Source: Vulcanimicrobiota bacterium
GTDB lineage: Bacteria > Vulcanimicrobiota > Xenobia > Xenobiales > JADMJV01
Direction: 5' to 3'
Assembly: GCA_050250895.1 (NCBI GenBank)
Contig: JBFWNU010000001.1
Location: 2,406,210 to 2,470,209 of the forward strand
Length of the DNA: 64,000 bases
Shown here: piece by piece, positions 27,350 to 35,600 of the stretch
Numbering within the stretch: position 1 is the first letter of the stretch
Layout of the letters: every line of letters begins with the position of its first letter
Made by a program: the position numbers and the translations under genes
Notes under the pieces: generated by a model
The model's database searches: none
What the model was told of the DNA's origin: nothing
The model's input: the letters and a program-made list of their open reading frames with translations, nothing else

Positions 27350-29212
27350 GTGCAAGGATTGAGATTGATTTTGATAATTCTCTTACTCTCCATCTCAGCT
27401 ATTGCTCAGCATGTAGGTGACTACCAGGAATTTGTGGCCACGCCGGAGTTTCTGGAGGCTGACCGCCTGGCGGGATTAGGTCAATTGGATGAAGCGCTCA
27501 CGATTTTTGAGAATATCGCGACACAGAACCCCCGTACGACTTTAGGCGCTCGAAGTCTTCTCGCGGCGATAGCTTTGAGAACGAGCCGCGCCAATAATGA
27601 CCGTTTGATCAACCGACTAATTACGGAGTTCAGTGGCTCCCGCTACGAGATCATCGGCAAACTCGTCCAGACGGCCGCTGGATTTACCGATGATGATGAA
27701 GCGCGCATAGCCGCACAAGATGCATTGGCTCAGAGTTTTGGAGGGCCCGGACTCTCCTCGATTCTCAACTCCGAAGACCGGAACACTCTTGTAGCAGAAT
27801 TGCGCGCGCTACCGTTTGAGACTCGCATGGGGTTAGCGCCTGTCTATTACTCTAACTTTGGAGGTCTTCGCGGCCTCGGTAGAGTCGATGACGCCATCAG
27901 TCTCGCGAGGTTCAATCAGGATGCTTATGCTGATGTAGAGGAAACCCTCGAGCACTCATTTAGAGGAGATCTACGTTATGCTCTCATGGTCAAGCAATAT
28001 GGGGGAGGCGTCTCAATAGAAGCACAACCGTCGTCAGACCCGGTGGTCGTGCCGACTTCGCCCAGCCCAAACCAAGTGCTGACAAGCCTTTCGACGCTTG
28101 ATTTCTCGATAAACGGGGGGGATTTTCGTCAACCGGGTGTGGACTTAAACAGCCTCGTCGTGACTCTGGATGGTGAGCCGCTTACAAGTTTGTCATTCCG
28201 CTTTGAGAGTGGGATTCTCGCTGAGAATGAAGTTTACGAGCGCCTTCTCGTCTCGCTGACTGTCCCGGACCTGTCACCTGGCCAGCATCAGGTGACGGTC
28301 AAAGCCAGCGTCAGGGGATACCCTGGGACAGGAGCCGGAACCACCACAGCCTCTTGGAGCTTCGAAATAGCCAGCGCCCAATCCACCCAGACTCTACCAG
28401 TCACGAAAGACTCCACCCTCCGCCTACGCGACCAACATCTCAACGAGGGAGCCAACCCGCGGCTCATCCTGGAGAAGATCCAGGGCAAGACCACTCACGC
28501 CCTGGTGGGCTTTGACCTGTCCCAACAGAATTTGACCGGCCTGACTTCGGCCAGCCTGGTCCTCACCGTCGACCCCAGCGACTCTCCCACCGGCTGGGGC
28601 AACGGGCGTAACGTCCTCGCGGCTCCGATTTCCACCGGCTGGCTGGAGGGGAACGGCGTCGACTTCGGCGTGCCCAACGCGCAGAAGACCAGCGGGTCCG
28701 GCCCGGGCGTGACCTGGTTCAGTCCTGTCGATGAAGACATCAGCAACAACTATGCCAACTCGGCCGTGAATTGGAACGGGGCCGGTGCGGCCAGTGGGCC
28801 ACAGACCGCCTTGCCGGTGCAGCTCCACAACCATCAGGCCGGAGAGGTCTCGTTTGATGTCACCCAGGATATCCTCAGCGGGTCCTCCAGCTGGTTGGTG
28901 AGACGAGAGGACGAGAATGTCGGCTCGCAGGTCCACTTCTACTCCAAGGAAGGCGGCGGAGCCTCAGCCGGCCCGCGCCTGGTCCTTCACTACGGCGCCT
29001 CGGCCAACAAACCCGCAAAAGACGCTCTGTTGGCCAGGGCCTGGGACACCCCGGTCGCGGTCCTTCGCAATCTCGCCGGGCTCGGGCTGTCGGGTGGCCC
29101 GATGACAAATTTGCTGATGAGCACCCTGCAAGCCCGATCGTCGGGCCTCGACGTCCTGAGTGCGGGGTTGCGCAGTCTGGTCGCCCGCCGCGAGATGGCC
29201 CTGCTCCTCTAG
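27350..29212 (+). CDS. cassette C gene 2: secreted protein with distinct helical N-terminal region and DNRLRE-like C-terminal domain
   Basis: GTG start after AGGAGG. Signal peptide VQGLRLILIILLLSISAIAQ. C-terminal ~280 aa nearly identical at nucleotide level to copies A and B (STLRLRDQHLNEGANPRLIL...LVGFDLS...). Confidence 0.65.
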   Translation: MQGLRLILIILLLSISAIAQHVGDYQEFVATPEFLEADRLAGLGQLDEALTIFENIATQNPRTTLGARSLLAAIALRTSRANNDRLINRLITEFSGSRYEIIGKLVQTAAGFTDDDEARIAAQDALAQSFGGPGLSSILNSEDRNTLVAELRALPFETRMGLAPVYYSNFGGLRGLGRVDDAISLARFNQDAYADVEETLEHSFRGDLRYALMVKQYGGGVSIEAQPSSDPVVVPTSPSPNQVLTSLSTLDFSINGGDFRQPGVDLNSLVVTLDGEPLTSLSFRFESGILAENEVYERLLVSLTVPDLSPGQHQVTVKASVRGYPGTGAGTTTASWSFEIASAQSTQTLPVTKDSTLRLRDQHLNEGANPRLILEKIQGKTTHALVGFDLSQQNLTGLTSASLVLTVDPSDSPTGWGNGRNVLAAPISTGWLEGNGVDFGVPNAQKTSGSGPGVTWFSPVDEDISNNYANSAVNWNGAGAASGPQTALPVQLHNHQAGEVSFDVTQDILSGSSSWLVRREDENVGSQVHFYSKEGGGASAGPRLVLHYGASANKPAKDALLARAWDTPVAVLRNLAGLGLSGGPMTNLLMSTLQARSSGLDVLSAGLRSLVARREMALLL

Positions 29213-29265
29213 AAGCCCGAGCAACCCTGACAGGGCTCGAACAAGCCCTCGCAGAACCGTTTCAA

Positions 29266-29574
29266 ATGGCACTCAAAGCCGTTCCGCCTCGCATGGATGC
29301 CCAGGGGCGCCCTTACTTCCTCTGGTCTGAGGACCTCTCCGACGAGATGTTCCGCTCCATCCTGCGCGGCGACCGCGGCCCCGAGCTTCAGGCCCTCTAC
29401 ACTGGAAGGCTGCTGCGGGAAGCCAGAATGGCCGAAGTCTGGTGGTACCTCAAACCTCAGGATATAGCCGACCGCTGGCCTGAGGTGGCGCGTCATCTCG
29501 GCCGGGCTCGCCAGTTCTGGCATGAGCTACTGGAGGCCTGGCGTGAAGCCGGACGCGTTTCCTGGCAACCTTAG
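29266..29574 (+). CDS. small protein, putative partner/antitoxin of the downstream AbiEii-family nucleotidyltransferase
   Basis: 102-aa ORF overlapping the downstream NTase gene by ~50 nt. A disrupted copy sits behind cassette A. Function inferred only from gene context. Confidence 0.45.
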   Translation: MALKAVPPRMDAQGRPYFLWSEDLSDEMFRSILRGDRGPELQALYTGRLLREARMAEVWWYLKPQDIADRWPEVARHLGRARQFWHELLEAWREAGRVSWQP

Positions 29575-30187
29575 CCCGCTCCAGGCCGAACTTCTGAAGG
29601 CCTTTCAGGGTGAGGGGTTCTTTCTGACGGGGGGAAGCGCCCTGGTTGGGTTCTACGGACATGACCGGGTGACCCGAGACCTGGACCTCTTCACTCGCAG
29701 CCACGAGGCCTTCGAAGAAGGTCCGGGTTGGCTGGGCGCAGCTGTCGAGGCCCTCGGAGCCAGCCTGGATCCGATCAGGACCTATCCGGCCTTCCGCCGC
29801 TATCAGGTATGCCGCGGCGAGGAGCAGACTCTGGTGGACCTGGTCTTCGAGCCGGTTCCGCCTGTCTATCCGCCGCGACCCATTCCAGGCTCCCGCCTGG
29901 CCCTTGACCTGCCCGACGAGATTGCGGTCAACAAACTGTGCGCTCTGGTTGGTCGGGGAGAACCTCGCGATCTGGCCGACCTGCTATTCTTGGATCGGTT
30001 CGGCGTGGATCTCGGGCGGGCTCTAGAGTTGGCCTCACACAAGGACGCAGGAGTCGGCCCTGATACCCTGTTGCTGGTGCTGCCCGCCGTTCCGCTTTCG
30101 GGCGACCCGGAGAAATTGGCGGCCCTGCGTGATTTTCGAGACGACTGGATCGGTCGCCTCAGGCTAGAAGTTCTACCGCCGCAGTGA
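29522..30187 (+). CDS. nucleotidyltransferase, AbiEii/AbiGii (DUF1814) toxin family
   Basis: FFLTGGSALVGFYGHDRVTRDLDLF matches the AbiEii N-terminal motif (GG[ST]AL...YG..R.[ST].DLD[FL]); 221 aa. Confidence 0.65.
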   Translation: MSYWRPGVKPDAFPGNLSPLQAELLKAFQGEGFFLTGGSALVGFYGHDRVTRDLDLFTRSHEAFEEGPGWLGAAVEALGASLDPIRTYPAFRRYQVCRGEEQTLVDLVFEPVPPVYPPRPIPGSRLALDLPDEIAVNKLCALVGRGEPRDLADLLFLDRFGVDLGRALELASHKDAGVGPDTLLLVLPAVPLSGDPEKLAALRDFRDDWIGRLRLEVLPPQ

Positions 30188-30298
30188 GGCATTCGAGCGA
30201 GTCTGTAACAACATGTTCATAACTCGGCGCCGTTGAGGAAAGGGGCTGAAACCGGCAAGCCCTACTCTGAGAGAAGCTCTATCAGAGAGAGGCGTCCT

Positions 30299-31732
30299 AT
30301 GGCAGTCACCCCCGTCGCAGTCGAGATACCCCAACAGCTGGTCTTGAACCGCCCACCCGAAGCGGTGGCCGCTCAGCCAGTGGGGCCGAATACGGCTCAG
30401 GCGCTCAACCAGCAAAACGCGTTGGCGAACCAGGGCCGCAACACCCTGCAGGGTAACCAGCAGTTGGGCCAGGAGTGGCAGCAACTGGCCGGCAACCAGC
30501 CCGGGCGCCAGGACGGCATTCCCGGGGGAACGCTGATCAGCGCTCTCAAGCCCGAAGAGCTCGAGAGCGTCTTTGGTGGGGCTTCGCAGACCATCACGGG
30601 TCTGGCCGAGAAGCGACCCGAGATGACCCTCAACCAGGCCCTGCCGCTGGCCAGCAACCCCGAAGCCCTCGACACGGTGTCTCAACTACTCGACTCTCGC
30701 CCCGACCTGCAGCTCAGCGACGTGATCAGCCAGGGCCAGGGCGGGCGGCCTCAGCTGAGCCCGATGCTCAAGGATCCTCAGGCCATGGAGCTGCTCAAGA
30801 ACCGCAGCGACATTCAACCCGGAGCCCTCGACGCGCTGGCCAAAGGCCTCAACAAGATGATGGGCAACCCGGCCATGGGCAAGGCCGCCTTCGCCCAGGC
30901 CATGGAGATGATGGCCAACGACGGCAACGCCACTCCCGAAAGCATCGGCGAGCTAATGGGCGAGATCGTCAAAGGCGTGGGTGGCAAAGGCGACGCCGCC
31001 AACGCCCTGGGCATCTTCAAGCAGGCCGGCGAGTTGATGAAGGGCGGCCAACTCAAGTCAGAAGACATGCTGGGCCTGGTGAAGGCCGCCAGCAATATCG
31101 GCGGCGGCAAAGGTGGCGGCAGCATGATGGCCGAGGCCTTCGACGCCGCCGCCAACCTCAAGCTGAGCCGGCCCGATATGAACACCAACGAGATCGTGGG
31201 CTTGTCGAGCGTGATGGCCGAGCGCTTTCCTGGCCAGAACAACGCCGACCGCATGAGCGCCTTCCGCGAGGGGGCCAACCTGATGAACACGCGTCCCAAC
31301 CTGGGAGCCCAGGGCGTCGACACGATGCTGAGCCAGGCCACCCGCCAGGGCATCAAGGGCGACAAGTTGCTCAACGCTTTCCAGACCCAGGTGGGCGCGC
31401 TCAACGAAGGCAGCGCCAGCCTGCAGACCTTGACCGACCCGCTGTCCAAGCCTGACGCCAAAGGCGGCGTGCAGTTCAACCGGTTCGGCCAGCGACAGGC
31501 CGGTACTCGGCCTGAAGAGGTGGCCCAGCGCGAGCAGCAGCAGGCCAACCGCAACGGCCAGCCGGGTCAGCAGCAGCCCGGCCAGACCCGGCCCGGACAG
31601 CCTCAAGCGGGTCAGGCGGCCCAGGGCGAGCAAGAGACCGAGCCGCCGGCCGCCGGCCGTTCGCGGGGGCGGGCCAGTCTGGCCAGCGTGGGCGTGACGG
31701 CTGCTCCGGCGGCCGCTCCAGGCGTTGCCTGA
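30299..31732 (+). CDS. hypothetical Gln/Gly/Asn-rich low-complexity protein
   Basis: 499-aa ORF; internal Met MAVTPVAV chosen. Low-complexity N- and C-termini (QQNALANQGRNTLQGNQQLGQ; PGQQQPGQTRPGQPQAGQ). Confidence 0.45.
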   Translation: MAVTPVAVEIPQQLVLNRPPEAVAAQPVGPNTAQALNQQNALANQGRNTLQGNQQLGQEWQQLAGNQPGRQDGIPGGTLISALKPEELESVFGGASQTITGLAEKRPEMTLNQALPLASNPEALDTVSQLLDSRPDLQLSDVISQGQGGRPQLSPMLKDPQAMELLKNRSDIQPGALDALAKGLNKMMGNPAMGKAAFAQAMEMMANDGNATPESIGELMGEIVKGVGGKGDAANALGIFKQAGELMKGGQLKSEDMLGLVKAASNIGGGKGGGSMMAEAFDAAANLKLSRPDMNTNEIVGLSSVMAERFPGQNNADRMSAFREGANLMNTRPNLGAQGVDTMLSQATRQGIKGDKLLNAFQTQVGALNEGSASLQTLTDPLSKPDAKGGVQFNRFGQRQAGTRPEEVAQREQQQANRNGQPGQQQPGQTRPGQPQAGQAAQGEQETEPPAAGRSRGRASLASVGVTAAPAAAPGVA

Positions 31733-31762
31733 GGGCGATAAAAGAGTTACAATAGGGGCCTC

Positions 31763-32707
31763 ATGATCGGTCCGTCACTGCCGCCGTCTCGGCCTCATCA
31801 GGCCTCCAGGGCCCAAGCCGCTCCGCCCGACGTGATGGTCTATTCTGACATCGACGACAGCCTGGTGGCGGGCAACGACGACGGTCTGGCCGCCAGTCGC
31901 GACGTGTTGGTGACCCAGTCGGGGCGCACGGTGCCGGGCTACTCCACCGGCCGCGGAATCACCCTGGCCATGGCGCTCTCCACCCAACTGGCCGGCTTTC
32001 CGATGGCCTTCTTCGCTGTCAACAACGGCCTGAATCTATTTGTCAACGACCAGAACTTGCCCGCCGACGAGTTCATCAAGAGCCTTCCCGGCCGCAGCGA
32101 AGACCCGGCCTGGGCGGCCGAGGTCTCTGAGCGTTCGGGCGGCTTCACCATCGACCGCGTGCGCGACGGGCTCAAGTCGCAACTCGACCGTGACGGCTTT
32201 GTCGAAAGCCCCACGGCGCGGCCCGGCTTTGCTACCTATCGACGCGGCGACATCCAGGTGACCGTTCCGCCCGACCAGCCGGCTTTCTTCGTCGAATCGG
32301 GAACGGGCAAGTTGGGCGAGAGTCAGAAGCAGTTCGCTCACGAGCTGAGCCAGCGTCTGTTGGACGGGCTCGGTCACGAAGGGGTCTCGGCCACTCCCGG
32401 GCATTTCTACAAGGGCGAGAAGGCCGTTCACTATCTGCAGCCGGCCGGCATCACCAAGGCCAGTTTGCTCGAGCATCTGCTGGGGCGCTTTCCCAGTGTG
32501 CATCACACCATCACGGTGGGCGATAACGTCAACGACGACATGCTGATTCCCGAGCAGTTTTCGGGGGTGACCAACTATCCGGTGTTGGCCGGCCATCACC
32601 ATCCCGACGAAGAGAAGCTTCGCCAGCATCCTCGCCTGGAATGGGTAGAATCCGGCGCCGCCGCCCCGGGCCTGCTAGCCCAGTTCGATCACATCGATCA
32701 CGCCTAG
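31763..32707 (+). CDS. HAD-superfamily hydrolase (subfamily IIB-like, sugar-phosphate phosphatase type)
   Basis: Motif I VYSDIDDSLV (DxD) and motif IV TVGDNVNDDML (GDxxNDxxM). Confidence 0.6.
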   Translation: MIGPSLPPSRPHQASRAQAAPPDVMVYSDIDDSLVAGNDDGLAASRDVLVTQSGRTVPGYSTGRGITLAMALSTQLAGFPMAFFAVNNGLNLFVNDQNLPADEFIKSLPGRSEDPAWAAEVSERSGGFTIDRVRDGLKSQLDRDGFVESPTARPGFATYRRGDIQVTVPPDQPAFFVESGTGKLGESQKQFAHELSQRLLDGLGHEGVSATPGHFYKGEKAVHYLQPAGITKASLLEHLLGRFPSVHHTITVGDNVNDDMLIPEQFSGVTNYPVLAGHHHPDEEKLRQHPRLEWVESGAAAPGLLAQFDHIDHA

Positions 32708-33318
32708 AAGATTTTCTCGCCGGCCCAGACCAGGCCGACGCCGACGGCGACGCCGACGGCGCCGCCGAGGGCAGCTCCGGGCAGGCCGCGCAGGGCTCCG
32801 CCAATGAGGGCTCCGGCCGCGGCTCCCAACACTTTCTTGGTGTTGATGTTGACCAGGGCCCGGTCGGTCATGAGTTTGCCGTCGAGGTGGTCGATTTCGT
32901 GCTGGAAGGCGCAAGCTTTGAAGCCTTTGCATTCGACCGTGGTGGGCCGGCCGTGGTCGTCGATGGCGTCGACTTTGACGCGGCTCGAGCGCATGACCAC
33001 GCTCATGGTGCCGCCCAGGCTCAGGCAGCCTTCCAGGCTGAGCTGGTGGCCGCTCCGCTCGGTGATGGTGGGGTTGGCCAGTTTGTGGGGGCCGTCGCCG
33101 GTGTTGATCACCATCAACCGATAGGGAATTCCGATCTGGGGAGCGGCCAGGCCCACGCCTCCTTCGCGCCGCATGCAGTCGTTCATCTGGTCGAGCACCT
33201 GGCTCAACGACGGGTCGAGACTGTCCACTGGCTGAGCCGGCTGGTGCAGCACCGGCTCTTTGCGCCCGACGAGCTTGAACTCGCCCTGTGAATACTGTCG
33301 AAGATTAGAAACTTGCAC
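32704..33318 (-). CDS. def: peptide deformylase with C-terminal Gly-rich hydrophobic extension
   Basis: The three PDF motifs: GVGLAAPQIG, EGCLS, HEIDHLDG. C-terminal GAAAGALIGGALRGLPGAALGGAVGVAVGVGLVWAG. Confidence 0.85.
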   Translation of the reverse strand: MQVSNLRQYSQGEFKLVGRKEPVLHQPAQPVDSLDPSLSQVLDQMNDCMRREGGVGLAAPQIGIPYRLMVINTGDGPHKLANPTITERSGHQLSLEGCLSLGGTMSVVMRSSRVKVDAIDDHGRPTTVECKGFKACAFQHEIDHLDGKLMTDRALVNINTKKVLGAAAGALIGGALRGLPGAALGGAVGVAVGVGLVWAGEKIF

Positions 33319-33427
33319 CTCGATAGCCTATGCCACGGGCCTAAAAGGTTGCTGAAATCTGTCATTTCCTTTGGGCATAGAGCGCGGTTGCGACTCGCGA
33401 CGAAGTTTCCTTTATGTTAACAGGATT

Positions 33428-33447
33428 GTTCGAACGTCTGTTCGAAC
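33428..33447. promoter_or_regulatory. two tandem 8-bp palindromes GTTCGAAC-gtct-GTTCGAAC in the def / histone-like divergent intergenic region
   Basis: gttcgaacgtctgttcgaac lies 42 nt upstream of the 33489 ATG. Each 8-mer is self-complementary. Confidence 0.4.
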
Positions 33448-33488
33448 ATGACTTGAGTGTGCATCATGCTTGAAAAGAGGACGTGTTA

Positions 33489-33812
33489 ATGAGCGCTACC
33501 AAAGGCAAGAAGGCGACAAACTCCAAGGCGAGCAAACCTGCCGCCAAGGGTAAGGCCAAAAGCACAAAGGCTGTCGCCAAAGGCGCCGGCAAGGCGAAAA
33601 AGGCGGCCAAACCCGCTGCCAAAAAGCCTGCGGCCAAGGGCGCGGCAAAAGCCAAGAAAACCTCGGCCGCCAAGGCACCTGCGAAGAAGGTAGCCGCCAA
33701 GAAACCCGCTGCGAAGAGCACTGCCAAGAAGGCTCCGGCTAAAAAGGCCGCTCCCGCCAAGAAGACGGCGGCCGCCAAGAAGCCGGCCAAGAAACCCGCT
33801 AAGAAGAAGTAG
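33489..33812 (+). CDS. histone H1-like Lys/Ala-rich DNA-binding protein (Hc1/AlgP-like)
   Basis: ATG with SD 'aagagga' 8 nt upstream. Product is almost entirely K/A/P repeats (KPAAKKPAAKGAAKAKK...). Confidence 0.65.
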   Translation: MSATKGKKATNSKASKPAAKGKAKSTKAVAKGAGKAKKAAKPAAKKPAAKGAAKAKKTSAAKAPAKKVAAKKPAAKSTAKKAPAKKAAPAKKTAAAKKPAKKPAKKK

Positions 33813-33902
33813 GGTCGGCTTGAGAAACGCCCGGTGCCCAACCGGGCGTTCTCGTTTCTCTGTCTGAAAGGCGAGGGGCGGTCTGGTATTGAATTCTATT
33901 CA

Positions 33903-35003
33903 ATGCCCAGCCCCGGCCCTCTGGAACTGCAAGCCGACGAGGCTCTCTGTCGAGCGGCTTGCAAAGTGCGGATTCTGGACGCTCTGCGGCCTGTGAACGA
34001 GGCCGAAGAGAAAGAGCGGTTTCTGGCGGGCAAGTCCCGTCTGCCTCGTTTCGTGTATCGCAGGGGCGAGGTGGCCCCGACCACCGGGGTCGAGCGACTG
34101 GCCATTCCGGATTCATCTTTGGGTCGGTTGCTCGAGCAGCGGCGGCGGCTGATTCTGGCTGCCCACCAAGCCTTAGTGAGTGGCGAGCCGGCTGACCTGT
34201 TGCGGGTTACAGCCCGCATCTATGGCAAGCCTGAACGGGGCCTGGTGGCGGTGGCTCGACGGTTGCTGCGCGACCTGCCGGCCGAGCCTCATCCCGGCTA
34301 CGAGAGTACCGAGGAAGTGGCGGCCACGCTGCGTCGCGAGTTGGCTCACTACGGCTTTGACGACTGGGAGTTGTCGCTGTCGGATGGTGACTACACCGTG
34401 GTTCGACCCCTGGAACGGCGCGTGTTGCTGACTCCGGTCGGACCGGTGGTGGCAGGCACCGGGCGGCGTCTGGCCGTGCACGAGATCGGCGTGCACGTGT
34501 TGCGTTCGGTCAATGGCCGGCGCCAGCCTCTGCGCCTGTTCGCCTACGGCCTGCCGGGCTATGAGGCCACCGAAGAAGGTTTGGCCGGTTATGGCGAGTT
34601 GGTGACCAATACCGCTCGGGCGCGAACCTTGCGCAAATACGCCGCCCGCGTATTGGCCGTCGATAGTCTTTTCGGGCAGGCTGATTTCGCCGAAACCTAC
34701 GAGCTTCTGCTGAGCCTTGGTCAGGTGCCCGAGCAGGCCTGGGAGTCGGCTTTGCGAGCCCATCGCGGCGGTGGCTGCTGCAAAGACCACATCTACTTAG
34801 AGGGTCTTTTCGAGGTACTGGGTCACGTCGACGCCGGCGGTACCCTCGAGTCGCTTTTCGTGGGCAAGGTCGGCCTGCGGCATCTCCCGTTGATCGAGCG
34901 ACTATTGGCCGAGGGCAGCCTCGAGCCGGCCGGCCTGCTTCCGCCGTTTCTAAGCGCTCCGGCCGACAACCCGCTGTTGCAACGATTGGGCCAACTCGTC
35001 TAA
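33903..35003 (+). CDS. DUF1704 'flavohemoglobin expression-modulating QEGLA-motif' family protein (putative metallopeptidase-like)
   Basis: AVHEIGVH (HExxH-like) and TEEGLAGYGE (QEGLA-motif equivalent) at family-typical spacing. Confidence 0.6.
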   Translation: MPSPGPLELQADEALCRAACKVRILDALRPVNEAEEKERFLAGKSRLPRFVYRRGEVAPTTGVERLAIPDSSLGRLLEQRRRLILAAHQALVSGEPADLLRVTARIYGKPERGLVAVARRLLRDLPAEPHPGYESTEEVAATLRRELAHYGFDDWELSLSDGDYTVVRPLERRVLLTPVGPVVAGTGRRLAVHEIGVHVLRSVNGRRQPLRLFAYGLPGYEATEEGLAGYGELVTNTARARTLRKYAARVLAVDSLFGQADFAETYELLLSLGQVPEQAWESALRAHRGGGCCKDHIYLEGLFEVLGHVDAGGTLESLFVGKVGLRHLPLIERLLAEGSLEPAGLLPPFLSAPADNPLLQRLGQLV

Positions 35004-35093
35004 CCTCGCCGGGCTTGCAGCCGATAACCAGAGCGTGGACAACATCCAAGCCCTTCTCGGTGGCCGAACTGGTCAAGACGGTCGGCGATTTGC

Positions 35094-35582
35094 TCAGCGC
35101 TTGAGCGTCTCCTTGAGAAAGGTGCGCAAATCCCAGGCGGCCATGCCAGCCTCGGCCGGATAGGCGAAGTTGGCAATTCTCCAGGCTCCCTCCGACTGAC
35201 GCAGCACCACCCGCAGGCGCAACCGGGCCGGTCCCGGGTCGCGGGGGAACTTGATCGAGACGGGCACATAGGCCAGTCCGTCTTTGACGATCGTCTCGCC
35301 CAGGCTGTAGGATTCGACCCCCATCTGCGAGTTGCTGAAAGGGTCGAAGTCAAGCCAGGGACCGCCCGAGTTGGGGTCGCCGTTGGCGAGCTCGACCAGC
35401 ATCTCGCTCAGGTCGCTTTCGATGTGGGCCGCTTCTTTGGCCATGGTGGTCTGCACCCACGACCTGGGGGTCGATTCGACCGACTGGGTATAGGTGCGAT
35501 AGAACGAGTCGACAACCTGGCCCGGAGTAGCATCAGCCCAGGCCAGACCGCTCAGGAGCAAAACGAGTAGAATCTTTTTCAT
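35094..35582 (-). CDS. secreted hypothetical protein
   Basis: Signal peptide MKKILLVLLLSGLAWA; 162 aa. Confidence 0.5.
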   Translation of the reverse strand: MKKILLVLLLSGLAWADATPGQVVDSFYRTYTQSVESTPRSWVQTTMAKEAAHIESDLSEMLVELANGDPNSGGPWLDFDPFSNSQMGVESYSLGETIVKDGLAYVPVSIKFPRDPGPARLRLRVVLRQSEGAWRIANFAYPAEAGMAAWDLRTFLKETLKR

Positions 35583-35600
35583 GGCCAGCCAGGTTCGGGA

